DNA of 64,000 bases, taken from contig OY740787.1 of the NCBI GenBank assembly GCA_963514005.1, positions 71,176,001 to 71,240,000 of the forward strand, given 5' to 3'. Below are positions 50,992 to 62,285 of this stretch, piece by piece; position 1 is the first letter of the stretch; every line of letters begins with the position of its first letter. The DNA is from Raja brachyura. Lineage: Eukaryota. The notes below the pieces were generated by a model. The model was given only the letters and a program-made list of their open reading frames with translations, had not been told where the DNA came from and did no database searches. The translations under genes and the position numbers were made by a program.

Positions 50992-52159
50992 CTGTAGAAT
51001 GTAGAGGAAAATTGCCAAGTTTAAATGCATACTTACTTTAAGTATAGTGCACCAATCATTTGTTTGAAAAGTTTTGCAATACAATGCATAACACACTTTA
51101 AATGTGTTATTAACTCAAAAGGTTTTTGTTTAGCCTATGTTTTTAATTCAGCATTTATTATTAATTCTATAACCAGTATTTTCCCTTCTGTGCATCTTGG
51201 ATCTATACATGTCAAAATACCAGAGATGATATTATGGGTACATAGTCACCTTTAGCAAAAAAAAAAGATATTGCCCATCCTCTATCTGTTATGGTAGCTG
51301 TCTGATTAGGAGGTTAGGCCAACTTATTATTGGCAGGTAGTTTCTGCTGCCAGTTTGCCATTCAAGGAATGTATGCACTGTTCCTTAGATTCATCTCCAA
51401 TTTATGAACTCCATCACATAATCAATTTGATTTTTGAATTTTATTGGAATTTAAAATTCAAATTTAAGAGGGTTTATCTACACATCACATTGTTTTCATC
51501 AAAGTGTAGCACCATTATTGAGGTTTAAAGAACCATTTCTGAGAATTTGTTTAGGAAGGAACTGCAGATGCTGGAAAATCAAAGGTAGACAAAAATCTGA
51601 GAATTTCAGAAAATGTAATCATATTCCATCTTAAATATTTATCTTGTATTGGAAAACCTAGCAGGAAGAACAAGTTTATGGTGTATCCTTTTCTTGAAAA
51701 TACTTTACATATATAAAGGTAAGTGGGGGTGGAAACATTTTATATCCTACAGTTCACTAATTGATTAATTTGCATATTATACTCTGGCTTATTATATCCA
51801 AAAGCTTTACACTAATCATGGATTTTAGCCTGGCTCTTAGATCTTACCTCATGTCCCTACTTAATTTCCTATTGTTATGCTTAACGTAGCAATTGCTGAA
51901 GTGTGTCACATACATGCTAACAAAATCATTTTACAACAAATTTGTTTTATACAAATTGTGAATATTTCTTTTTCTTAAACTTAGTAGCTAGTAACGTGTG
52001 ATGATGTGTTTTTCATCAATTAAATTAAATTTGTGAATATAACATTTAGACAGGCGTAAGGTATGGATGGTAACACTATGGAATCTAACCTATTTTTTTC
52101 ACAACATTTAATAATTCCTTTCCTTATCATTGTTAAGGTAGCTAGGTACTTGATGGCTA

Positions 52160-52645
52160 CTAAGGCCATTAAGCTGGAAAGAGTGTAGAGAGGATGTACG
52201 AGGATGTTGCCAGGAATTGGGCACCTGAGCTAGAGGGTGAGGTTGGGCACGTTAGGACATTTTCTTTGAAGCGCAGGAGGCTGAGGGGCGATTTTATTGA
52301 GTTGTATAAAATCATGAGAGAAATAGATAGTGTGAATGCCTTTTACCCAAGGTAGGAGAATCATGAACTCGGGAATATAGGTTTAACATGAGAGGGGAAA
52401 GATGTGGTCAGAACCTGAGGGGCAACCTTTACACACAGAGGGTCATGGGTGTATAGAATGAGCTTCCAGATTAAGTTGTTGAGGTGGGTACAATAACATT
52501 TAAAAGATATTTGGGTTTGTTGATAGGAAAAGTTTAGAAGCATATGGGACAAATATGGGCAAATGATTCTAGCTTAAATGAGGCATCTGTACCTGCATGG
52601 ACAAGGTGAGCCTTAGGGCCCAGTTTCTGTGCTGTATGACTATGA
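52160..52645 (+). mobile_element. CR1 3' fragment
   Basis: LERV.R..TRMLPG and RRRLRGD..E.YKIM motifs. Confidence 0.75.
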
Positions 52646-54036
52646 TATTATGGGCTACAGTGCCTGTGTGACTTATTATCTAAAGAAATCTGTAACAGTG
52701 CAGCACTCCCTTCAAAGTGCATTGAAGTGTCAATGGTTATGTACATTTCACATTAGGTAGTCCCATCTATTCTAATTAACAATCAATTACTTGCCTATTT
52801 TGCAATAGATTGGTAAATGACAACAATAGTACTAAGTTAGTAAGTATCTAACGCTGATGAAATCGATTACTACATTCTGTACTAAATATTGACAAAGGTT
52901 TTGAAAAAGGCATTTTGAGGAACATAAAATTTAAGAAGACATCGTTCACTGATTTGGAGGTGAAAATTCATGAGGCAACTTGTTCAAAAAAAGGGATCTT
53001 TGACATGAATTAGTATAATTACACGATATCACAGGAACATTTAAGTTTGGACAAGATAGAACCTGAGATGATGCTCCCCCTTGTGATGTATCCAGAACCA
53101 TTTAAATTGTAGATGTTAAAGAATTTCCGAGGGTCATAAATATTTGGAATTTTATACCTCATTATTGTATAGACTGAATCTTTGAATATAGTCAAAGATG
53201 AGGTAAATTTTATGGGCATTGATCGTTAAAGGGATAAGCAGGAGAGCGTAGAAGAGGCCATAATCAGAGCAAGTTTGATTTTATTAAATGCGGAACAGGC
53301 TCTTTGGGTTGAATTGTTCACTCTTGTTAAATCATTACATACCATGACATAAAGAGTCAATTAGCAAGTCACCAATGTATGTGAAGTTGGCTTCATGCAG
53401 CACTGATGGATCTATTGAGTGTCCAGGTTTTAAATTGCAAGACATATGTGAATTTTCAGACCGCTTGTGTGAATGGCAACCTAACTATGCAAAGTTATGT
53501 GTGCATACATGTTTGACAAACAACTTGAACAGCAACTGGGAGGGCAACGCCACACTTTTAACTGTTGGAATGATTCAATTTCTCCATTTCCTCGCCATAA
53601 TTTTGTTTTGATTGCAGAATCACAACAGCAACTTGAAACGTACAAGGCGACAACTTGCTTCACAAAACGTGAAACTGTGTGAAACTGACCGTGTTTGCAA
53701 AGGTACGCGAGGGTGCTCGGTGGTTATCATGGGCATGGCGGGCCGAAAGCTCGCTTGTGTGCCTCCAAGATGATTCCAAGTTGTTTGGCCGTGTGGTAAA
53801 GTATATAGGGGAATGTGTACTTTTTTTTTTATTAAACAGTGGTATTTCCGACTTTCCAGTGAAGCTTTAAACAACCCACCACGCCGAGGGTGGGACAAGG
53901 GTTGGGCGTCAACATGGCGTCGCCTGCACGCGGGCCAGGGCCGTTACTCCTCCTCCCTCCCCTCGATTCAAATAGGGAACGTTCCAGGGGCGTTGCTGAA
54001 GCGGAGGCTGCAGCCACCGCCCACCCACCTACCTAC

Positions 54037-54240
54037 CTGTAACCAGCAGCTCGGCGGTACTAGTCGCTTGTCCTGATCCATTGGTGGCTCGAATAGAGAA
54101 CCTGCCGCCGTGTGCGGGAGTCACTCGGGAGATCGTCAGCTTCGCGCGGCCATCGCTGAAGGAGATCTCCGCGCCCGGCAGGGCGGCGGCGGAAAGGACC
54201 TGGCCATCTCTGAACCAGCTCACTTCGGGAAGTGGCAAAC
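54037..54240 (-). CDS. ttn: ttn exon hEx3, Z1 Ig
   Basis: GLPLPEVSWFRDGQVLS...GQATSTAELLVT; 204 nt; ag/gt ends. Confidence 0.95.
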
Positions 54241-54837
54241 CTGCCAACACACAAGGCAACAGCGTCTGCAAACCACTGCATGCTGACAGGTGCACACAAC
54301 ATTTTAACAGGCCTTCATAATTCACAAAATCAAATAGTATAAAAATAAAACAACGTTTGTATGGAGACGCTTTTGCTGAGCAAAATATCTTGAAATAATT
54401 GCATATTTTTATAATTTTATTATGGTAACATTTATTTATCTGAAGCGTAATTTAACGTAATAATTATAAAGGAGAGTGTACACTTTATAAAGTACACTTT
54501 ACAGTAAAGAGTAAAGTGCACACTCTCCTTTATAATGTGTCTTAAACTTTATAAAGTGTACACAACGTTTTAAGTATAAAGGTTCATAAATCTTGACTAA
54601 AACAAAATGCTGGAGCAACTCAGCGAGTCAGGCAGCATCTGCGGAGCGAGTGGACAGGCGATTTTACGAATCAGGACTTTTCTTTGTGTTTTGCGATCAT
54701 ATATCAAGTATTTAAAAAAAACAATGATCTGCATTATTAACGTACTCAAATCGTGTGAACGCCGATTTTAATTTCCTGCGTTACGTTACTTTAATGTTAA
54801 ATCTACTGGAGTTGACGAACAAACGACATTCACTTAC

Positions 54838-54928
54838 CACCAATATGCGCTTCAAAGGTTGCGGCACTACCCTCTAGTGCCACAACACTTTGAAGCGGAT
54901 GTAAAAATGTCGGAGCTTGTGTTGTCAT
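54838..54928 (-). CDS. ttn: ttn first coding exon (hEx2; exon starts at 54940), Z1 Ig start
   Basis: ag|GTGCCAATAAAG ATG ACA ACA CAA GCT CCG; 91 coding nt; G|gtaagt donor. Confidence 0.95.
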
Positions 54929-55784
54929 CTTTATTGGCACCTTTAGAATATAGAAAAAACGAATTTGTTAATAGCTAAATTTCTTAAATATTTTAAATTA
55001 ATTACATTAAAAATATTTCATAAGTTCAGAGCTTGTGCCCACGTTTTGTATCTGGTTGTCAAACGTTGCATTCCATTTGTTTTAGGCAAGTTCAAAGAAA
55101 ATAACCCAAAGTTTTAACAATATTCGTTTCAGCATGAACGAAAGCATTTTTGGAGTTTTATTTTTGTTTTAGCTTGCAATTTGCTCTCGAACTGATGGCA
55201 AACGTTGTAAAGTATATTCAGATCACCCTTAGAAATGTTAGCATCTTTTTTTAACTGGGTGACCACAGCAATGTCCTCTTTAAATACATTTGGAAGGCGA
55301 GTCATCGTGGTTCAAATAAACGCGACTGACACGCAATGAAGAAAAACAGACTTGGCCGTCAATTATATTTTTATGTGTAAAACAAGTTATATCGAAGACT
55401 ACAATTATGGAACACTTCGAAGTAGACTTAAGTGTTTTGAGCAATATCTCGGACAACCATGTCGTGGTAAAATTAATTCCGATTGTGCTGTTAATTGGTC
55501 GATTCAATATTACCAGAATGGAAATTAATAATGCACCCAAATATAGAAAATGTATATTTGTTCCACTATCCTCGACATTTCGTGCAATACGAGTAACATT
55601 TGTTTCGTTGAGACCAAAAAAGTTTAAGACATTTAACAAACGCCATTACACTTTAAATAGTTGCTGAATTTAAACTCTAAGTCAAGACGATATTCATTGT
55701 CAGTTGGGGAGATTTATTTAAAAACTTTATATTCGGATTTTTTTTGAGCAAGTTAAATATATTTGGAACATAAAAATCGAAACT

Positions 55785-55895
55785 TTAGATAAGTAAGGAT
55801 ATCCTAGCTTGTGACTGAATAGCCATGTTCTAAAATTAGCTGGGTCAGTTTGATTGACACCGCCAAGTGTAACATAGTGGGATGCCTATCAGCTC
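55785..55895. promoter_or_regulatory. Candidate intron-1 muscle enhancer (MEF2, NKX2-5-like and GATA motifs)
   Basis: CTAAAATTAG at 55830-55839 fits MEF2 CTA(A/T)4TAG; CAAGTG at 55864-55869; AGATAA near 55787 and CTATCA near 55886. Confidence 0.5.
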
Positions 55896-56257
55896 CCAGC
55901 CGATTCCCTTAAAAAGACATCACCCTCGGCTACCAGATTCATACGATCAGTGCTATTCTTAGCAATTCTTAAATTATCTGTCAATAGCATAACCTTGAAT
56001 ACTTTTAACTACAGATGAAGCTTCTCAAATCAAACAAACGTTAACCACAGTATACAAATTATCTTAATTCAATTAAACTTTCTTACATATGTTATTATCT
56101 AAAGTTCAAAATTATTAATGTGCTATAGATAAATACATTATGTTTAAAACTTTTTGGGGAAAGCAAATATTTTTTATGGATTACCATGCAAAATAGCATA
56201 TAACTGTCAGATCTTGGAAATAAAAAGTTCAATTGGAAGTAATACATATGTACTAAC

Positions 56258-56465
56258 CTGAAGTGCCAAGAGATATGGGGCAAAGCCCAAAGCTTTGGGA
56301 ACTCCCTTCTTGTTCAGAATTTTTCCAACAATCCAATGAGAGAATGGGACATCCTCATACTAGAAGGAAACAAAGCTACACGGAGGTTGTGGACGGTTTA
56401 GTTGTAGCTAAGTTTTCCAAGCAATCCCTACACCCGAGGCAAGGCTGGGAATGCCTGGACTGCTC
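56258..56465 (-). other. ttn: ttn exon 1, non-coding 5' UTR
   Basis: Minus strand reads GAGCAGTCCAGGCATTCCCAGCCTTGCCTCGGGTGTAGGGATTGC, nearly the same as the recalled 5' end of human TTN mRNA; ends CACTTCAG|gttagt; TATA box upstream. Confidence 0.8.
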
Positions 56466-56491
56466 AGAAGTGTTAACATGGTGGTTTTACC

Positions 56492-56542
56492 TTATATACT
56501 TCAGAAATTATGCAGCGTATTTCCTTGGACACTTCTGATTGG
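56492..56542 (-). promoter_or_regulatory. ttn: ttn core promoter: TATA box (TATATAA, 56498-56492) and CCAAT box (56542-56538)
   Basis: TATATAA lies about 27-33 nt upstream of the GAGCAG start of the exon-1-like sequence; CAGCCAATCAG lies about 75 nt upstream. Confidence 0.75.
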
Positions 56543-57679
56543 CTGCTACACCATGGAATCATGGGATAACCGAACCAATTTAGGCAACCCAACAGCACCA
56601 GTCACTTCAGTTTTCAATAGACAGTGCTAATGCTTGCATAATCTGTGTTCTGAGTATCACAAGCAATTGAACCACAAAGATCAGATTCAATTCAGGCTGT
56701 GGATATTTGTTGTTGTTCTTTTTCTTGCTTTTTACTTTTATCCATTCCAGCTATCACTAAACTTAAAAACCTTAATGACAGTGATGCCTAGAAACAGAAG
56801 TCCTGTTACCATCAATCACTAATGACATGCTGATACCAACAAATGCATTTGTCAATCACCAAGTCAAAGTAGCAAACATGTTATTTTAAAGCAGCTGGTC
56901 AAGAGGGTTATTATAATTAATTATTTACTTTGATACAATCCCAAAACAGAATTTCACATTTATGTTGCTATTTCTTTCTGCAGAAATTAAAATAGAAGCT
57001 ACTGACCATATGTTGCAAGTCATTCTGAGTTAAATAAAATTTCAGAGGATGTGAAATTCAATCTTTCTAAAAAGGAATGACTCTAATTTATGTTATCAGC
57101 TGGAAAGAACTTTAATCCAAAGTTTAATAATGACAATTTCAGCCCCATTGCAATTAGGCAAGCCTCTTCATTTATAATACCACAATTGAACAAATAAATA
57201 AATCACACCTAGTAGAAAAACAAATGTTTCATCTTGGCTTCATGTAAAAAGAAAAGTACCATGGTATAATACCGTGGTGAGTGCTCTTTTGAGATAACGT
57301 GCTCTTTTGAGAGAGCTTGTTTTTGCATCCGATGTTAAAATGAGCCCCCACCTCATTTCCAAAGTGATGTAAAAGGGTGCATTACATCATTTTGAAGAAG
57401 TGCATGGAAATTATTCACAAATATTTTATTTAGCTCAATCTTGATATTTTAAACATTATCATATTCCTTTTTGTGAAAGTATACTTTGTTGTCTGCTGTG
57501 TTTCTCACACTAAGACACTGTACTTCATAAGTATGCCAATGTCTGCCAAGTGCTTTGGGACATCCTGAGGTCATGGAGGAGTATACATTTTCTAAATTTT
57601 GTAATGGTATAAATACCCACAAAGACAGGAATTTATACTCTTTATAGACATTATCTTAAAAGTGACATAACAAGAAAGA

Positions 57680-57950
57680 TGGGGTAGCTTGTCAGAATAT
57701 TTTTCTCGGGGTGGGAATGACAAATACTAGAGTGCCTAGGTTTGTGAGCAGGAGATGTAAAGGAGATGTGCAGGACAAGTTTATTTTACACAGAGAGTGG
57801 TAGATTCTTGGAACATGTTGCAAAGAGAGGTAATAGCAGATACAATAGCAACATTTAAGAACCAGCTAGAGATACACATGGGCAGACAGGAAATACAGAG
57901 ACATGGATCATATTCAGGTAAGTTAGATTGGCACCATGGTCTGATTGCCC
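57680..57950 (+). mobile_element. CR1 3' fragment
   Basis: FTQRVVDSWNML...TIATFKNQL. Confidence 0.6.
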
Positions 57951-58949
57951 AAATGACCTCATGGTGTGAAGAAACCTTTCAGTAATTTTGTAATATGTAC
58001 AATAGAGAGCTAAGGATGTGAACACATTGCTTGATGAAATATGCTCACTTCTATCGAAGTTATGTATTTTTCATTTGTGAATTCCTGATTTAAATAACCT
58101 AATTTCTCACAATTTCTCATACTTCCCAAAGGAAAGTTCCAAAGAATTTCCTCCAGTTCATAAAAACGCAAGGGAAATTGATAATTCCAGTATTGCAAGC
58201 TGGTAATCTGATTCCAATCATTTCAAAAATATGGAGGTTCCAAAGAATATTTAACTCTCTATATTTCGTCCTGTAATGTTCAAAACAAAAATTACTTTTG
58301 ATATAACTTCTAGCCTTGGCATTTGGTCTTTATATTAATTGTTTGGGAGAAACCAGTCTCAGTTGAGCACTTCAGCCTGAGATACTCAAAATACATTTTG
58401 GCTACCACATGATGCATCTGACAGTCAAGGCAATTTCTAGTTAATTTTTATTTTCACTAGTTAACAGATGCTACATCTGTGAATTATCTTGTAATGTTTC
58501 AGGAAAGGAGGTGAAGAAACACATCTTATTTACACATCTGAACGCGGTACTGATTGGGGATGATCAGCCATGATAACATTGAATGGCGGTGCTGGCTCGA
58601 AGGGCTGAATGGCCTACTCCTGCACCTATTGTCTATTACACTGAAACTGCAAATGTACAATATATCCTGCAGGGGTCTCAAATAAACATCTGATTTTGAC
58701 AAAAATGATTAAGTCAAATGTGAGAACACAGATGGATGGAGGAGGGAAGGGTGGCTAGATGCGGATACTTTTTAACTTCATTCATTAAAGTAACGGAAGG
58801 CCCATTGCCTTCACAAATGGAAGATGGAGATATAAGGCAATGAACGTATTGGTGAAAATAAGCTATATGGAACTGCAACACTGGAAATTGTTAAAATGGT
58901 GCAGGCATTAAGGAAGTAAGAAACTGGAAGGATGATCTGCCAAGGAAAT

Positions 58950-61870
58950 GAACATAGAACAGTACTGCACAGGAAAGGCCCTTTGGTCCACAATGTCTGT
59001 GCTGGACAAAATGCAAAGACCAAATCCTATCTGCCTACATAATCCATATCCCTCCAATCCCTACATATCTACATGTTTATCCAAAAGTCTCTTAAATGCC
59101 ACTATTGTATCTGCCTCAACCATCTCCCCTGGCAGTGTGTTCAAGGTACTCTCCACTCTTGCCCTGCACATCTCCTTTCAACTTTTCCGCTCTCACTTTA
59201 AGACTATACCTTAGAGTATTTTATTTTCCAAGGCTGGAAAAAAGGTTCTGACCATCTACCATATCTATGCCTCAGTTTTATATACTTCTATTAGGTCTCC
59301 TGCAACTTGCGACATTCCAAGTTGTCCAAGCTCTCCCTGCAGCTAATATCCCCTAATTCAGGCACCATTCTCATAAACCACCTCTGTACACTTTCCAAAG
59401 TCTACACATCCTTCCTGTAATGGCACAGCGTCAGAATAAAAGGACATACCTTTAGAATGGAGATGCCGGGGACTTTATTTAGCCAAAGGGTGGTGAACCT
59501 GTGAAATTCATTGACACAGACAGCTGTGGAGGCAAGTCTTGGGGTATCTTTAAAGCAGATATTGTTAGGTTCTTGATTACCAAGGGTGTCTAAGGTTACG
59601 GGTAGAAGGCAGTAAGATGGGGTTGAGATGGATAAATAGGTCAGCCATGACTGAATGGCAGTGCAACTGAATGGGGCAAATTGCCTTATTCTGCTCCTAT
59701 GTCTTATGCACTAATGAATAGGACGATCAGAACCATACACAATCCTCTAAATGTAGCCTCACCAAAGTTCTTTAGAGCTGCATCATGACTTCCTTACTCT
59801 TACCATATGCCTTTTTACTACTCTATTTACTCGTGTGGCTACTTTCAGGGAGTTATGGACTTGGACCCCAAGATCATTCTGTGCATCAATATTGTTAAGG
59901 ATCGAAAGTAAGGATCATTGTATACTTTCCCCATACATTAAGCTTCCCAAAATGCAGCACCTCATACGTGCTCGGATTAAACCCCATCTGCTATCTCTCC
60001 GTCCTTTTCTGTAGCTGATCTATATCCCGCTGTGTACTTTGACAGACAATATTAACTTCCAAGTCATTCATATGTATCACAAACAGAAGAGGTCCTAATA
60101 CAGAAAGCGGAATTCCATTGGTCACAAACCTACAGTCCTTCCACCATAACCCTCTGTCTTCTATCAGTAAGACAGTTCCAAATCCATACAACCAAGTAAT
60201 TTTAATCCCAAGCATTTTAATCTTCTGGATTAATCTCACATAGGGAACTTTATTAAATGCCTTGCCAAAATCCAATTAGATGACATCCCCCGCCCTACCT
60301 CATTGATCAATGAATTTTCCAGTTTTAGGTAACTAACCGACCCCCAAACCCTTTCTTCACCTCAAACTCAATCAAGCTAGTAAGGCACGATCTTCCATGA
60401 ACAAATTCATGCTGACTTTTCCTAATTAACCTATTCTCTTCCAAATGGGAGTAAATCCTATCCCAAAGAATCCTCTCCAAAAGCTTCCCTATACTGATGT
60501 GATGCTCACCAGTCTATAATTCCATGGATTCTCTCCACTTCCCTTAAACAAAGGAACAATATTAGCTACTCTCCAGTCCTCTGGAACCTCACCAGTGGCT
60601 TGAGAAGACACAGAGATCTTTGTCAAAGCTCCTGCAATTCCATCTCTTTGCTCTCTCAATAATCCGGGTTAGATCCGGTTAGGTGCCCCAACACCTCCTC
60701 CTTCTTAATCTCACACTGCCCTTGCACATTAGTATTCTCAACACTGATCTCACTGTCCTCCATGTGCTTCTCCTCGGTGAAAACAGATGAAAATACTAAT
60801 TTAGTACCTTGCCTACATCACCTGACTCCAAGCCAAAGTAAACTCCTTTATCATTGAGTGGTGCTGCCTTACCCGTGGTTACCCTCTTGATTTTACTATG
60901 TATAAAAAGCTTTGGGATTTTCTTTAATCCGACTCACCAAAGCCATTTCATGGCCCCTTTCGAATCACCTGCTGAGTTTTTTCCTTCTTTTTTATATTCT
61001 TCAAAGGCTCTGTCTGATTCTCTCCTCTTAAACCGTGCATGTACTTCCATTTTTCTTTTTGACCAAATTTACAACTTCTTTGGTCATCCAAAGTATTATT
61101 ACTTTGCCATCCTTATTCCTCCTCCCTATTGGAACATGTCAGTCCTGACACAAACAGCTGGAATAATTCTGTCCTGAACTTCGACCAACTGGCTGTTAAA
61201 TGACTCCCACATGTCATATGTGAAATTATCCAATAACAATTACTCCCAGTGTATCATCCTGAGGTCCTGCCTAATAACATTGTATTACTCCAATGTAGTA
61301 CCTTCCCACAAGGTCCCGCCTTCTCTCTAATCAAAACAATGTGAAATCTATGGAGTTATGATTACTATCCCTGAAATGCTCTTCCACTGCTACACCAGTC
61401 ACCTGGCCAGGCTCATTTCCCAGCACCAGGTCCAGTATATTCCCCATTCGGGTTGGACAATTCGCATATTGTTTCAAGAAACCTTCTTAGTTACACCATA
61501 CAAATGCTGCCCTGTCAAAGACTTTGACACTGAGCAAGCCAGTCAGTATTGGGGAAGTTAAATTCACCCACTAAGACAACCCTGTTGCTCAGGCATCTTT
61601 CTGTAATCTGACCACATATCTGTTGCGCTATCTCCTGCTTGCTATTCGTGGCCTATGGTACAATCCCATAAGAATCCTTGCACCTTTTTTATTTTTAAGG
61701 TCCGCCCATATTGCCCCAGTGGACGGACTCTCCTGTATGTCCTCTCTGAGTGCTGCTGGCACAGTTTCCCTGATTAGCAGCACATCTCTTTACCCTCCCT
61801 CTCCATCACTCCTCCAAATTTCAGACCTACTTCTCTGGTTCCCACTTCCCTCGTTCTTCTAGTTTAAACT
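58950..61870 (-). mobile_element. Degenerate CR1 LINE with a nested + strand CR1 3' piece (~59425-59710)
   Basis: DFGKAFNKVP...SVLGPLLFVI.MNDL (59991-60275); endonuclease remnants at 61350-61780. Confidence 0.8.
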
Positions 61871-62285
61871 AGAGCAAATTACAGTTTGAGAAATGACAGC
61901 TTAGCATTTAGTACAGGGTCGTGGTCCAGGAAATAAAAGGAAAGTAGGCATTCAACCTCCACAAGGTAGAAGTTGATCCACTATTTGCCACCTCAGTCAG
62001 TAGATGGATTGGTTAAATCAGTTGGATCTTTGCTAATTAACTGCTACAAATTAAGATTTGCCAGCCATACCAGCCATTTCTCATAGAAAGATCTTTAGTT
62101 AATGTTATCACCAGGTATCATTCGCCAAGTCTTATAACTTCCTTTTTGAACGACAAGAAAGATCTGTTTTGGGTACTGACATTGCTGATGAATCAGAGTA
62201 TGAAAGTAGACTCTTCACTGATAGGTCAGGAGGTGTCTTATGGGCCTGTCCCACTTAGGCAACTCTTTAGGCGACTGCCAGAGAG

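Larger units (their letters stand above)
8000..56465 (-). other. ttn: Titin gene, 5' portion (exon 1 through the hEx43-equivalent); continues beyond the left edge of the window
   Basis: N-terminus MTTQAPTFLHPLQSVVALEGSAATFEAHIG; 37 coding exons with AG/GT ends (one GC donor) and compatible phases; titin-specific motifs (Z-repeats, [36 protein letters not shown]). Confidence 0.98.
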
